This document shows positions 35,233 to 44,128 of a stretch of 64,000 bases of DNA, one piece after another. The notes under the pieces were generated by a model, which worked only from the letters and a program-made list of their open reading frames with translations, made no database searches and was not told the origin of the DNA. Source of the stretch: Candidatus Latescibacterota bacterium. GTDB lineage: Bacteria; Latescibacterota; UBA2968. How positions within the stretch are numbered: position 1 is the stretch's first letter; every line of letters starts with the position of its first letter. A program made the position numbers and the translations under genes. The stretch covers positions 2,048,001-2,112,000 of the forward strand of contig OZ242320.1 of assembly GCA_965208125.1 (NCBI GenBank). Reading direction: 5' to 3'.

Positions 35233-37737
35233 TTACTCATATCGCAGTGCATCAATTGGATTGGAACGCGCTGCGCGAATGGCCTGCATGCTCACGGTGC
35301 CAAAGGCGATGATCAGTGCCATTATCGCGCTTGCGATAAATGGCAAGACGTTCAGGTCTGTCTGATAGGCAAATCCGGAGAGCCAGTCGCGCATGAGATA
35401 GTAGGCGATTGGCCAGGCAATGATATTGGCGAGAAGAACGAGCACTATAAATTCGCGGGAGAGTAGCATGACCAGATGCGGTGTGGATGCGCCCAGTACT
35501 TTTCGCACGCCAATTTCTTTGGTGCGAGATTGGACCATGAATGCGGCCAGTCCGAACAGTCCCAAACAGGCTACGAAAATTGCCAGTAATGAAAATATTC
35601 CAAGCATTTTGCCGGTGAGTTGCTCATTGAAATAGATCCAATCTATCATCTCGTCCAGAAAGTGATATTCAAAGGGTGCGTCTGGCACAAAGCGTTTCCA
35701 CTGCGTTTCGAGAAAGGACAGGGTCTGCGCGGTGTTTTCTGGTCGGATGCGTAAAGCCAGGGAATAAAACATCTTCCAGCGGGCCAAAAATCCCATGGGT
35801 GCGATTTCTTCTCGGAGCGTCAAATTGTGGTAATCTTTTACGACGCCTATTACTGTCAGGGATAGGTTGTCATATGCTGGTAATACAATTTGTTTGCCTA
35901 TTGGGTCGTCCTCCCAGCCGAGCAGGCGCACGGCTGTTTCGTTTAAGATAATTGCCTGAGAGGTGTCGCTGGCAACATCGGCTGAAAAGGCGCGACCGCG
36001 AAGCACGGGGATTTCAAATGTTTCAAAAAATGAATCATCGACTTCGTTTATGCGAAATGTCCGTTCTTTTGTGCGGTCCCCATCGGGCCAGGCGAGTCGC
36101 AGCCGTCCGCTGTATCCTATAATGCGGTATCGCAGTGCTGATGCGCTGAGGATGTTGGGGTGTTCGAGAAAGACCTGTTTGACCATCTGGTGGCGTGCTG
36201 ATAGGCGTTTTTGGGGGTTTGGCTCTCCGGCAAAGTCAGGGACAAAAATGGGTAAGTTCACAATGTGATCGCGTGCAAAACCCATGTCTTTGGTGTCTAT
36301 AAATCGCAGTTGTTGATAAACCACGAGGGTGCAGATCACCAGCAAGATAGACATGCCAAACTGAAAAACCACGAGTCCTTTCTTCAGCCCTGTGGAACCA
36401 GAGGAGGAAGACGCGCTACTTTTTAATGCTGTTACCGGACGAAAAGAGGAGAGGAAAAACGCCGGATACCATCCCGCCAGCAGCCCGACCACCAATGTTA
36501 GTGCCAGTACTGCCGGCGCACCTACCATCACTGTAGCCGTGTTGAGGTGTAGATCGCCGCGCACAAATTGGTTGAATAAGGGCAGGGATAACTCGACCAG
36601 TGCAAGGGCAATCAGCAGGGCGGAACAGGTTAAAAGCAGGGATTCGCTTAAGAACTGAACCATCAATTGTGGGCGATGTGCGCCGACGACTTTTCGCACA
36701 CCTACTTCGCGTTTGCGGGTGACAGCGCGTGCAGTTGCCAGGTTTGTAAAGTTCACGCAGGCAATGACGACGAGGATCAGTCCAATAGCCGCCAGTATGT
36801 AAATGTGTTGCATGGGGCTGTCGGCAGTTGGGTTAAAGTCGGATTCGCCATGCAAGTACACGCGGTGCAGGGGCTGTAGATGATAGGCGTTTTTTGCTGC
36901 AACTTCATCTCCCATATACTGCTTGATCAATGGCTGAAGGGGATAATGAGGCCAACGAGACTTATTTTCAGCCGCGACTTCATCCCCCATATACTGTTTG
37001 ATCAACGACTGCATTTTTGTTTGCAGGCTTTCTGCGTTTTGTCCTGCTTTTAATAGCACATAGGTGTTTACCGGACGCCAGGATTGCGTAGGTCGCCACA
37101 TTGTCCACACCTCTTGCGTTTCTTCTACGGGGGGTATTGTGGTTGAGAGTATTTGAAAATAAAAGCCAGATGAGAGATGTGGTGCTTTTAAGATGCCGGT
37201 AACTGTGTACTCGCCAGGGAAACTGCGACTGTCGATTGAAAATGTTTGGCCCATTGGATCCATATCACCAAATAAGTGTTGCGCCATGTCGTCGGTAATG
37301 ATCACAGAGTAGGGTGTGCGAAACGCGGTTTCTAAGTCGCCTTTTATGAGGGGAAAATCAAATACGTCCAAAAAGTTGTCATCTATGAGTGCCAGGGAAT
37401 ATTGACCCTGGCGTTCGCTGTATTGTGCAGATACAGTCCACCGCCAGATACGCACCGTTGTTTCTACTTCGGGGAATGTTTCTTTCAGCACAGGTCCGAG
37501 TGCGCCTGATGTGCCACTGCTATAAGTTGTTTGTGTGCTGCTGCGTTGCTCTCGAATTACTTTGTAAATGCGGTCGCCCAGGGCATGAGTGCGATTTACT
37601 GCAAATTCCTGCTGGATATACAACAGGATCAAGATGCCACACGCTAATCCGATGGCGAGTCCCAGTACATTGATGGAGGTGTACAATTTGTGCCGCATCA
37701 AATTGCGGATCGCAACGGTTAGATAATTTTTGATCAT
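35233..37737 (-). CDS. MacB/FtsX-family ABC permease (P9, subfamily A, 25-aa insertion)
   Basis: 834 aa; LIKQYMGDEVAA occurs twice. Confidence 0.95.
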   Translation of the reverse strand: MIKNYLTVAIRNLMRHKLYTSINVLGLAIGLACGILILLYIQQEFAVNRTHALGDRIYKVIREQRSSTQTTYSSGTSGALGPVLKETFPEVETTVRIWRWTVSAQYSERQGQYSLALIDDNFLDVFDFPLIKGDLETAFRTPYSVIITDDMAQHLFGDMDPMGQTFSIDSRSFPGEYTVTGILKAPHLSSGFYFQILSTTIPPVEETQEVWTMWRPTQSWRPVNTYVLLKAGQNAESLQTKMQSLIKQYMGDEVAAENKSRWPHYPLQPLIKQYMGDEVAAKNAYHLQPLHRVYLHGESDFNPTADSPMQHIYILAAIGLILVVIACVNFTNLATARAVTRKREVGVRKVVGAHRPQLMVQFLSESLLLTCSALLIALALVELSLPLFNQFVRGDLHLNTATVMVGAPAVLALTLVVGLLAGWYPAFFLSSFRPVTALKSSASSSSGSTGLKKGLVVFQFGMSILLVICTLVVYQQLRFIDTKDMGFARDHIVNLPIFVPDFAGEPNPQKRLSARHQMVKQVFLEHPNILSASALRYRIIGYSGRLRLAWPDGDRTKERTFRINEVDDSFFETFEIPVLRGRAFSADVASDTSQAIILNETAVRLLGWEDDPIGKQIVLPAYDNLSLTVIGVVKDYHNLTLREEIAPMGFLARWKMFYSLALRIRPENTAQTLSFLETQWKRFVPDAPFEYHFLDEMIDWIYFNEQLTGKMLGIFSLLAIFVACLGLFGLAAFMVQSRTKEIGVRKVLGASTPHLVMLLSREFIVLVLLANIIAWPIAYYLMRDWLSGFAYQTDLNVLPFIASAIMALIIAFGTVSMQAIRAARSNPIDALRYE

Positions 37738-37823
37738 GGTCTTATCTCCTGTTCCGCCCAGTTATTTCGCAGCAAGAAGTCAGCCATTCATCATTCAGGT
37801 AGCTTGAACGCATTAACATAACA

Positions 37824-37840
37824 AGCAATTTTTGTGCCAG
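37824..37840 (-). promoter_or_regulatory. sigma54 -24/-12 promoter (copy 4)
   Basis: Minus strand CTGGCACAAAAATTGCT. Confidence 0.88.
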
Positions 37841-37902
37841 AATATTCTTTTCTATGTTTTACAAGGGGTTATGAAAATTTGAGTCATGAACGCCGTTTAA
37901 GA

Positions 37903-37943
37903 AGTGTCCGATTTTGATACAGTGGTGTCCGAAAATGAACACT
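37903..37943. promoter_or_regulatory. Putative sigma54 activator enhancer (copy 4)
   Basis: One mismatch to copy 1. Confidence 0.8.
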
Positions 37944-37980
37944 CTCTATATGCCAAAAAACCTTGAAATCGTCATATAAA

Positions 37981-37998
37981 TATGGTAAGTTTACCATA
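37981..37998. promoter_or_regulatory. Palindromic TA operator
   Basis: TATGGTAA-GT-TTACCATA directly upstream of toxin gene. Confidence 0.6.
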
Positions 37999-38000
37999 AA

Positions 38001-38375
38001 TTGAGGGAAGGTACAATTTTGAATGAACAAATAAAAAGTGTAATATGGGTCGGGGATTCTCGTGAGCAAGTTCGAAGCTTTCCCAAAGCTGCGAGAGGAA
38101 CAGTGGGTGAAGCGTTGCGTTTCGCGCAATGGGGCGGTAAACACCCAAAGTCAAAACCGCTACGATCAGTGGGTTCTGGCGTATTGGAGATTGTCGTTCC
38201 TTACGATACAAATACCTATCGCGCTGTTTATACCGTCAAGATCGGCGAGAAAATCTATGTGCTTCATGCGTTCCAGAAGAAATCCACCCGTGGCATTAAA
38301 ACACCTAAGCAGGCAATTGACCTGATTAAATTGCGGCTGAAAATAGCGAAAAATATGGAGGTCCAAAATGAATGA
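38001..38375 (+). CDS. RelE/ParE-superfamily (HigB/Gp49-like) toxin
   Basis: WVGDS, GSGVLEI, TYRAVY, LHAFQKKS; paralog of 15983..16357; start uncertain. Confidence 0.88.
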   Translation: MREGTILNEQIKSVIWVGDSREQVRSFPKAARGTVGEALRFAQWGGKHPKSKPLRSVGSGVLEIVVPYDTNTYRAVYTVKIGEKIYVLHAFQKKSTRGIKTPKQAIDLIKLRLKIAKNMEVQNE

Positions 38376-38697
38376 AAAGGTCAAATTTGAGCAAAGCTCT
38401 GGAAATGTATTTCGAGACATCGGTTTCTCAGAATCAGAGGCTGAACGTGAGTTGCTGAAGGCAGATCTGGCATTTGAAATCTATAGTATTCTTGAAGAGC
38501 GAAAACTGACGCAGACAAAAGCGGGAGAAATTCTTGGGATCAATCAGTCCGATGTGTCCCGGCTAAAGAACGGCGATTTTAGCCGTTTTAGTGTAGAGAG
38601 ACTATTTGGGTTTCTGAATCGGCTGAACCGCAATATTGAGATTCGCATTACGCATTCGGAAGATAGAGGCGGTCATCAGCGAGTCGTTGCGGTTTAG
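38368..38697 (+). CDS. XRE-HTH antitoxin (HigA-like)
   Basis: SSGNVFRD, LTQTKAGEILGINQSDVSRL; paralog of 16341..16664. Confidence 0.9.
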   Translation: MNEKVKFEQSSGNVFRDIGFSESEAERELLKADLAFEIYSILEERKLTQTKAGEILGINQSDVSRLKNGDFSRFSVERLFGFLNRLNRNIEIRITHSEDRGGHQRVVAV

Positions 38698-38707
38698 CGA
38701 TATCACC

Positions 38708-41086
38708 TCACTCATCTTTCAACGCATCCACAGGATTGCGGCGCGCAGCTTTCAGTGTTTGAAAATTCACCGTCAACAGCGCGACTATAAGGGTCAGTAT
38801 CCCGGCGATGCCAAAAACGCCTATGCCCAGTTCAATGCGATATGCGAAATTGGTCAGCCATTGAGTCATCATCCAGTAGGCAACAGGATAGGCGATGATA
38901 TTGGCGACCAGTAGCAACTTGATAAAATCTCTGGAAAACAACCACATCACATGATGGACAGAAGCCCCCAGTACCTTCCGTATCCCAATCTCCTTTGTCC
39001 GCCGCGCAACTGCGAGTGACGCCAGCCCGAACAATCCCAAACACGAGAGCAGGACAGCCCCCAGTGCCGAGTGGCTCAATAAGCGAAACCAATAGACTTC
39101 ATTGGCATACTGTTGATTCAGATTTTCATCCAAAAACGAGAGTTCAAAGGGTCTATCAGGCGCGACCTTTTCCCATGTGCTTTTGAGCATGTCAATCGTT
39201 TCAAAAATTGGGCCTGAACGCATGCGAATTAGCAGAAATGGGCCATAGTTGTATTTTTCCATCATCAATGCCAATGGCTCGATCCGGTTGTGCAAAGATT
39301 TTATGTGAAAATCGCGCACCAAACCAATAACAATGGGATCTCTAAAGCCGCCATCCCTTCTAAAGCCCGTCAGTGTTTCTCCCACCGGGTTCTCAACGCC
39401 CAATTTCTTCGCCAGTGTTTCGTTGATCAATACAGCTTTAGTTAGATCTGTGGGATGGTCTTCCGAAAAATTGCGACCAGCAAGAAGTGGTATCTCTAAA
39501 GTGGATAGATAATCGACATCTACGCCAATCACCTTTACCGTAACCATCGAGCCGTCAGGAAACTTGAAACGTGTCGAAGAATAACCATCGATAAGTGTGC
39601 GGTCCGTAATTGTAACACCCGCAATGCGTTGGTCGTTTACAATGGCCTGCTTATAGGATTTGGCTGTCCGCCAATTTGCTTGAATAATGGCGACTTGCTC
39701 TTTGTTAAAGCCCAGGTTTTTGTTCCGCACATAATTCTGCTGTTGAAGCATCACTCCTGTGCCAATGATGAGGGCTATAGACGCCGCGTATTGCAAAATG
39801 ATTAGCGTGCGCGTCAAAAGGTTGCGCCCACCAAGGCGTGTTTCGCCTTTTATGGCTAAAACAGGTTGAAATCGCGATAAGACCAGAGCGGGATAACTGC
39901 CAGCGATTAGTCCGACAATGCTGAGCATGAGCAGCAAGACCCACCAATCGTCAAAATACGCGAGGGTCAATTTTTGATGTACAAATCCATTGAATACGGG
40001 CAACAGGATTTCGGCAAGTGCAGTACCCACGAGCAAGCCCAAAAAGCACAACACCAGTGCTTCGCTCCAAAACTGTTGAATAATCTGACTGCGATTGGCG
40101 CCTACTACTTTGCGCAATCCCACTTCTTTTGCTCGTCCGGAAGACTCTGCGATGGATAGGGTAATAAAGTTGCTGCACGCAATGAGAAAGACCAGCCATG
40201 CAAGCCCCCACAAGATATAAACCCCTGTTGGATTGCCTTGCGGTCCGTAGTGATTGGGAATGTCTGTATTCCAGTACACATCCGTCAGGGGCTGGAGAAT
40301 AAAGTTAAATGGTTTGTTGTCGAATATCTCCTCCCTCAACTTTTCTTTTTTTGTCCAGTGGTTGAGATCGTCAAGTACGCGAGAAGCATTTGTTTCACCT
40401 ATTTGTATAAAGATCCACGCACTTGCATCGTTGTAACGTCTTGCAAGTCCAAAGCCCTTTTCGGCTTTTATCGAAACCAACACGTCGAATTGAAGACTTG
40501 ATGTTGTAGGCATATCTGCCATAACACCTGTCACGATAAATAGCTTATTTTTTACGCTCAATGCTTGCCCTATCAGTGTGTTATAATCCTGTATATCTCC
40601 AAAAAACTTGCGTGCTGTTGTTTCGGTAATCACTATCCCATCTGGTTGAGCGAGTGCTGTTGTAGGATCACCTGACAAAAAAGGAAATGTGAACATTGCA
40701 AAGAAATCACCACTCACAAACCCCATGGCTGACCGAAAAGATTTTTCTCCCCTTGCGATTTTACTTCTCGTGTGCCGCATAAATGCACAGGTTTGCTCAA
40801 CACCTATAATTTCATCTTGCAACTCATCGACAACCAAAAGCGGATATACCGTATCCCAGATATTAAATGGGATTGCCTTGCCGTCTGGTTGAAGTCTTTG
40901 CGCTACCAACCGAAATGTCTGGTCGTGGTTTTCGTGAAACCGATCGCGTGACCATTCGTGTTTGACAAACAAAGCCATCAAGATACAGCAGGCAAGCCCC
41001 AGGCCGAGGCCGAACACATTGATGAATGTGTAGAGCTTCTTTCGCATCAAATTGCGGATCGCAACGGTTAGATAATTTTTGATCAT
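38708..41086 (-). CDS. MacB/FtsX-family ABC permease (P10)
   Basis: 792 aa; family motifs; first 15 codons shared with subfamily A. Confidence 0.95.
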   Translation of the reverse strand: MIKNYLTVAIRNLMRKKLYTFINVFGLGLGLACCILMALFVKHEWSRDRFHENHDQTFRLVAQRLQPDGKAIPFNIWDTVYPLLVVDELQDEIIGVEQTCAFMRHTRSKIARGEKSFRSAMGFVSGDFFAMFTFPFLSGDPTTALAQPDGIVITETTARKFFGDIQDYNTLIGQALSVKNKLFIVTGVMADMPTTSSLQFDVLVSIKAEKGFGLARRYNDASAWIFIQIGETNASRVLDDLNHWTKKEKLREEIFDNKPFNFILQPLTDVYWNTDIPNHYGPQGNPTGVYILWGLAWLVFLIACSNFITLSIAESSGRAKEVGLRKVVGANRSQIIQQFWSEALVLCFLGLLVGTALAEILLPVFNGFVHQKLTLAYFDDWWVLLLMLSIVGLIAGSYPALVLSRFQPVLAIKGETRLGGRNLLTRTLIILQYAASIALIIGTGVMLQQQNYVRNKNLGFNKEQVAIIQANWRTAKSYKQAIVNDQRIAGVTITDRTLIDGYSSTRFKFPDGSMVTVKVIGVDVDYLSTLEIPLLAGRNFSEDHPTDLTKAVLINETLAKKLGVENPVGETLTGFRRDGGFRDPIVIGLVRDFHIKSLHNRIEPLALMMEKYNYGPFLLIRMRSGPIFETIDMLKSTWEKVAPDRPFELSFLDENLNQQYANEVYWFRLLSHSALGAVLLSCLGLFGLASLAVARRTKEIGIRKVLGASVHHVMWLFSRDFIKLLLVANIIAYPVAYWMMTQWLTNFAYRIELGIGVFGIAGILTLIVALLTVNFQTLKAARRNPVDALKDE

Positions 41087-41136
41087 GGTCTTATCTCCTG
41101 TTCCGTCCAGTTATTTCGCAGCCAGCAGTCCCTGTT

Positions 41137-43494
41137 TTACTCATCTCTCAATGCGTCCGCCGGGTTTGCGCGTGCGGCTTTAAGGGTTTGGGTGGTGACG
41201 GTTGTGAGTACGACCAGGAACATGAACACGCTGCCGAGTAAGAATGCGCCAATACCTAACTCGGTGCGGTAGGCGAAGGTTTGCAACCATTGATTGGTGG
41301 CGTAATAGGCGATTGGGAATGCGATGAGGCTTGATAGGGCGATGTAGAGGACAAATTCTCGTGATAGCAGGGATAGGATTTGCGTCTGGGATGCGCCCAG
41401 GACTTTGCGGATGCCGATTTCTTTGGTGCGTCGTGCGCCAGCTAATGCAGCGAGTCCGAATGCGCCGAGTGCGGCGATGAAGATGGCGAATCCTGTGGCG
41501 TATTGGATCATGAGATTCCAGCGTTCTTCTTTTTTGTATTGTTTGTCTAAGTTTTCATTGATGAATGAGAATCTGAATGCATGATTGGGTGCGACTTTTT
41601 CCCATTGTTCTTTGATAAAAGTGATGGTGCCGGGCACATTTTCGGGGCGAATGCGAACCCACAAGGACCATTGACCCGTAGAGAGGGGCATAATGGCAGG
41701 TGCAATTTTACGATGCAGGGAGCTAAAATGGAAATCGCGGACAACGCCAATGATGGTCTGGGACCATGATGTTCCACGGTTGATGGTTTTGCCGACGGGG
41801 TCTTCTATACCGAATTGTTGGATGAGTGCTTCATTGACAAGGATTGATTCTTTGGCATCGGTTGAAAAGTCTCTATTGTATTCTCGACCTGCAACGAGTG
41901 TCATGTCGAGCGTTTTGAACAAATCGTAATCAATGTAGATGTTTTCAACAAGGTGCTCCGGACTTCCGTCATAACTTATATAAGTTCGGGATCCCATGCT
42001 GCTGTTTAAACTGTGACCAAGCCAGGTCGTGCTGATTATTGAGGGATGAGACAGCAGCAAATCCCGAAAAACGGTTGGCAGAGTTTTGTTTTCTCTTTGC
42101 AGTGCCTGGGTCTGAATGGCGATGATGTTTTCGGTTTGATACCCCAGAGGTTTGGTTCGTAAAAAAGTGAGTTGTTGGGCCATCATCAGGGTGGTGATGA
42201 TGAAGAATATGGATAGGGCAAACTGAAAGATGACCAGTATCTTGCCGAAACGATTGCCCGTTTTGATTTGCAATCGGCTGGTTATGATTTGGGTCGGCTG
42301 CAGTCGAGATAGGACAAAGGCGGGATAGCCCCCTGCTGTGATGCCGACGAGGCTGACCAGAAGGATGAGAAATGCAATAGTTGTAGCATTGAGGCCATCG
42401 CTTATGGACAAGGACTTTTCGGTCAGATTATTGAATGTTGGCAATGCGAGTTCTGCGATGGCAATGCCAACGATGAGTGCGATAAGGATGAGTAAGAGCG
42501 ATTCGCCGATAAATTGGTTTGCGATCTGCAGGCGTTTTGCGCCAACGACTTTTCGCAAGCCGACTTCTCGCGCCCGCGTTGCCTGCCTGCCGAGAGTTAG
42601 GGTGATGAAGTTGACGCAGGCGATAAATAATACGAGGATTGCGATGCCCGATAAGATGTATGAGTAAATTGGATTACTGCTATTGTGTACCCCCATGTAT
42701 GGCCCGAAATGCACCTGGGTGATAGGCAGGAGTTTGAGTTGGTCCTCGCTCTTTTCACCCCACCAGATTTTGGTCCATTTGGAGAATTGTTGTTCGACAC
42801 TATTTGGGGATACATTCGGGGGAAGCATTATATACGTAGTCAGGTAGTATATATTCCATCGGCTTGGGGCATGCATCCTGGGGTTTGGTTCAAATGGCAG
42901 TAGTATGTCAAATTGAAGCGTAGAATTTTTGGGCGCGTTTTGCACAATGCCCGTGATGGTGTAGTTTTGAATTTTCTCTCCGCGTTGAATTGGAAGCAGT
43001 TCTCCGACGGGGTTGGCTTTGTTGAAATATTTCTGTGCTGTTTTTTCTGTTATGAGTGCGGAGTATTTGTCTTTAAGGGCATTCGTAGCGTCGCCGTGGA
43101 GGACTGGAAAGGAAAAAATGTCGAGGAAGTGAGGATCAACATAACCCAACTGTGCCCGAAAAGCGTGATCTTCTGTTCCAATTTTTCCTCTGTCAATGCT
43201 GAAGCGAATCGTCTGGATGTCTGGAAATGCTTCTGCTATTGCGGGTCCGAGGGGGTCTGGTGTTATACCAGAAATAAGGCCGTCATTTTGTCTATAAATC
43301 AGATAGGTGTAGTTGGCGTTTTCGTGAAAGGTGTCGTAGGTCCATTCATGGTAGGTAAAGAGGTAGGTGATAATGCAGAAGGCGAGGCCGATGGCGAGGC
43401 CGATGATGTTGATGGCCGAGTAGATGCGGTGTCTGGCGAGGTTGCGGATCGCTGTTTTCAGATAGCTACTGAATAAAGATATTTCAGAGAACAT
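41137..43494 (-). CDS. MacB/FtsX-family ABC permease (P11, subfamily C)
   Basis: 785 aa; family motifs. Confidence 0.95.
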   Translation of the reverse strand: MFSEISLFSSYLKTAIRNLARHRIYSAINIIGLAIGLAFCIITYLFTYHEWTYDTFHENANYTYLIYRQNDGLISGITPDPLGPAIAEAFPDIQTIRFSIDRGKIGTEDHAFRAQLGYVDPHFLDIFSFPVLHGDATNALKDKYSALITEKTAQKYFNKANPVGELLPIQRGEKIQNYTITGIVQNAPKNSTLQFDILLPFEPNPRMHAPSRWNIYYLTTYIMLPPNVSPNSVEQQFSKWTKIWWGEKSEDQLKLLPITQVHFGPYMGVHNSSNPIYSYILSGIAILVLFIACVNFITLTLGRQATRAREVGLRKVVGAKRLQIANQFIGESLLLILIALIVGIAIAELALPTFNNLTEKSLSISDGLNATTIAFLILLVSLVGITAGGYPAFVLSRLQPTQIITSRLQIKTGNRFGKILVIFQFALSIFFIITTLMMAQQLTFLRTKPLGYQTENIIAIQTQALQRENKTLPTVFRDLLLSHPSIISTTWLGHSLNSSMGSRTYISYDGSPEHLVENIYIDYDLFKTLDMTLVAGREYNRDFSTDAKESILVNEALIQQFGIEDPVGKTINRGTSWSQTIIGVVRDFHFSSLHRKIAPAIMPLSTGQWSLWVRIRPENVPGTITFIKEQWEKVAPNHAFRFSFINENLDKQYKKEERWNLMIQYATGFAIFIAALGAFGLAALAGARRTKEIGIRKVLGASQTQILSLLSREFVLYIALSSLIAFPIAYYATNQWLQTFAYRTELGIGAFLLGSVFMFLVVLTTVTTQTLKAARANPADALRDE

Positions 43495-43546
43495 TGGTTT
43501 CTCCTGTTTATGGTGTGAAATAAACTTTGTATTTCAGCAGGTGCAG

Positions 43547-44128
43547 TCAGCTCGCCCAGCCTCCGACCTCTTGTTTTTCCAGCGCGCGTTTTAGTTGGTG
43601 ACGCCCGCGGTGGAGCCAGATTTTCACGGATCCGAGGGGTGCTTGCATTTCCCATACGATTTCGCGGTAGGACAGTTCTTTTATGTAGCGAAGCCACATT
43701 GCGCGTTGTTGTACTTTAGGCAGTGTGCGCAAGCCCTGTGTTAAGAGTTGATGGCGTTCTTTTTGTATGACGCTGTCTTCTGGCGTTGTCAGAGTGATTG
43801 GTTCGGGCATGTGTCGCGCTGCTGTTTCCATGCCGTTTTTTCGGGATAGCCGGGACCGAAGGTGTGACCGCCCGACGTTGATGGCAATGCGCGTCAGATA
43901 GGTTGTGAATGCCGATTCACCGCGAAAATGGCGCAGGCTCTGGAAGACTTTCATGAATACCACCTGCATCAGGTCTTCGGTTTCCTCGCGGTCCTGCACA
44001 TATCGCCCGACAATGGCGCGCACGCGATTCTGGTGCAGATGGTAGAGTTTGCCAAACGCGCTTTTGTCACCGGCTTTGATCATGTGGATCAATTGCACAT
44101 CGTTTTCTATGTCCGATCGTTTATTCAT
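43547..44128 (-). CDS. ECF sigma-70 family factor
   Basis: GDKSAFGKLY, EDLMQVVF, FRGESAFTTYLTRIAIN (region 2), LSYREI..GSVKIWLHRGR (region 4). Confidence 0.9.
   Translation of the reverse strand: MNKRSDIENDVQLIHMIKAGDKSAFGKLYHLHQNRVRAIVGRYVQDREETEDLMQVVFMKVFQSLRHFRGESAFTTYLTRIAINVGRSHLRSRLSRKNGMETAARHMPEPITLTTPEDSVIQKERHQLLTQGLRTLPKVQQRAMWLRYIKELSYREIVWEMQAPLGSVKIWLHRGRHQLKRALEKQEVGGWAS

Noticed and set aside
4964-37737. Diversity-generating retroelement acting on the permeases
   Set aside because: No reverse transcriptase or template repeat seen; variable patches are spread over the genes and are not obviously adenine-specific
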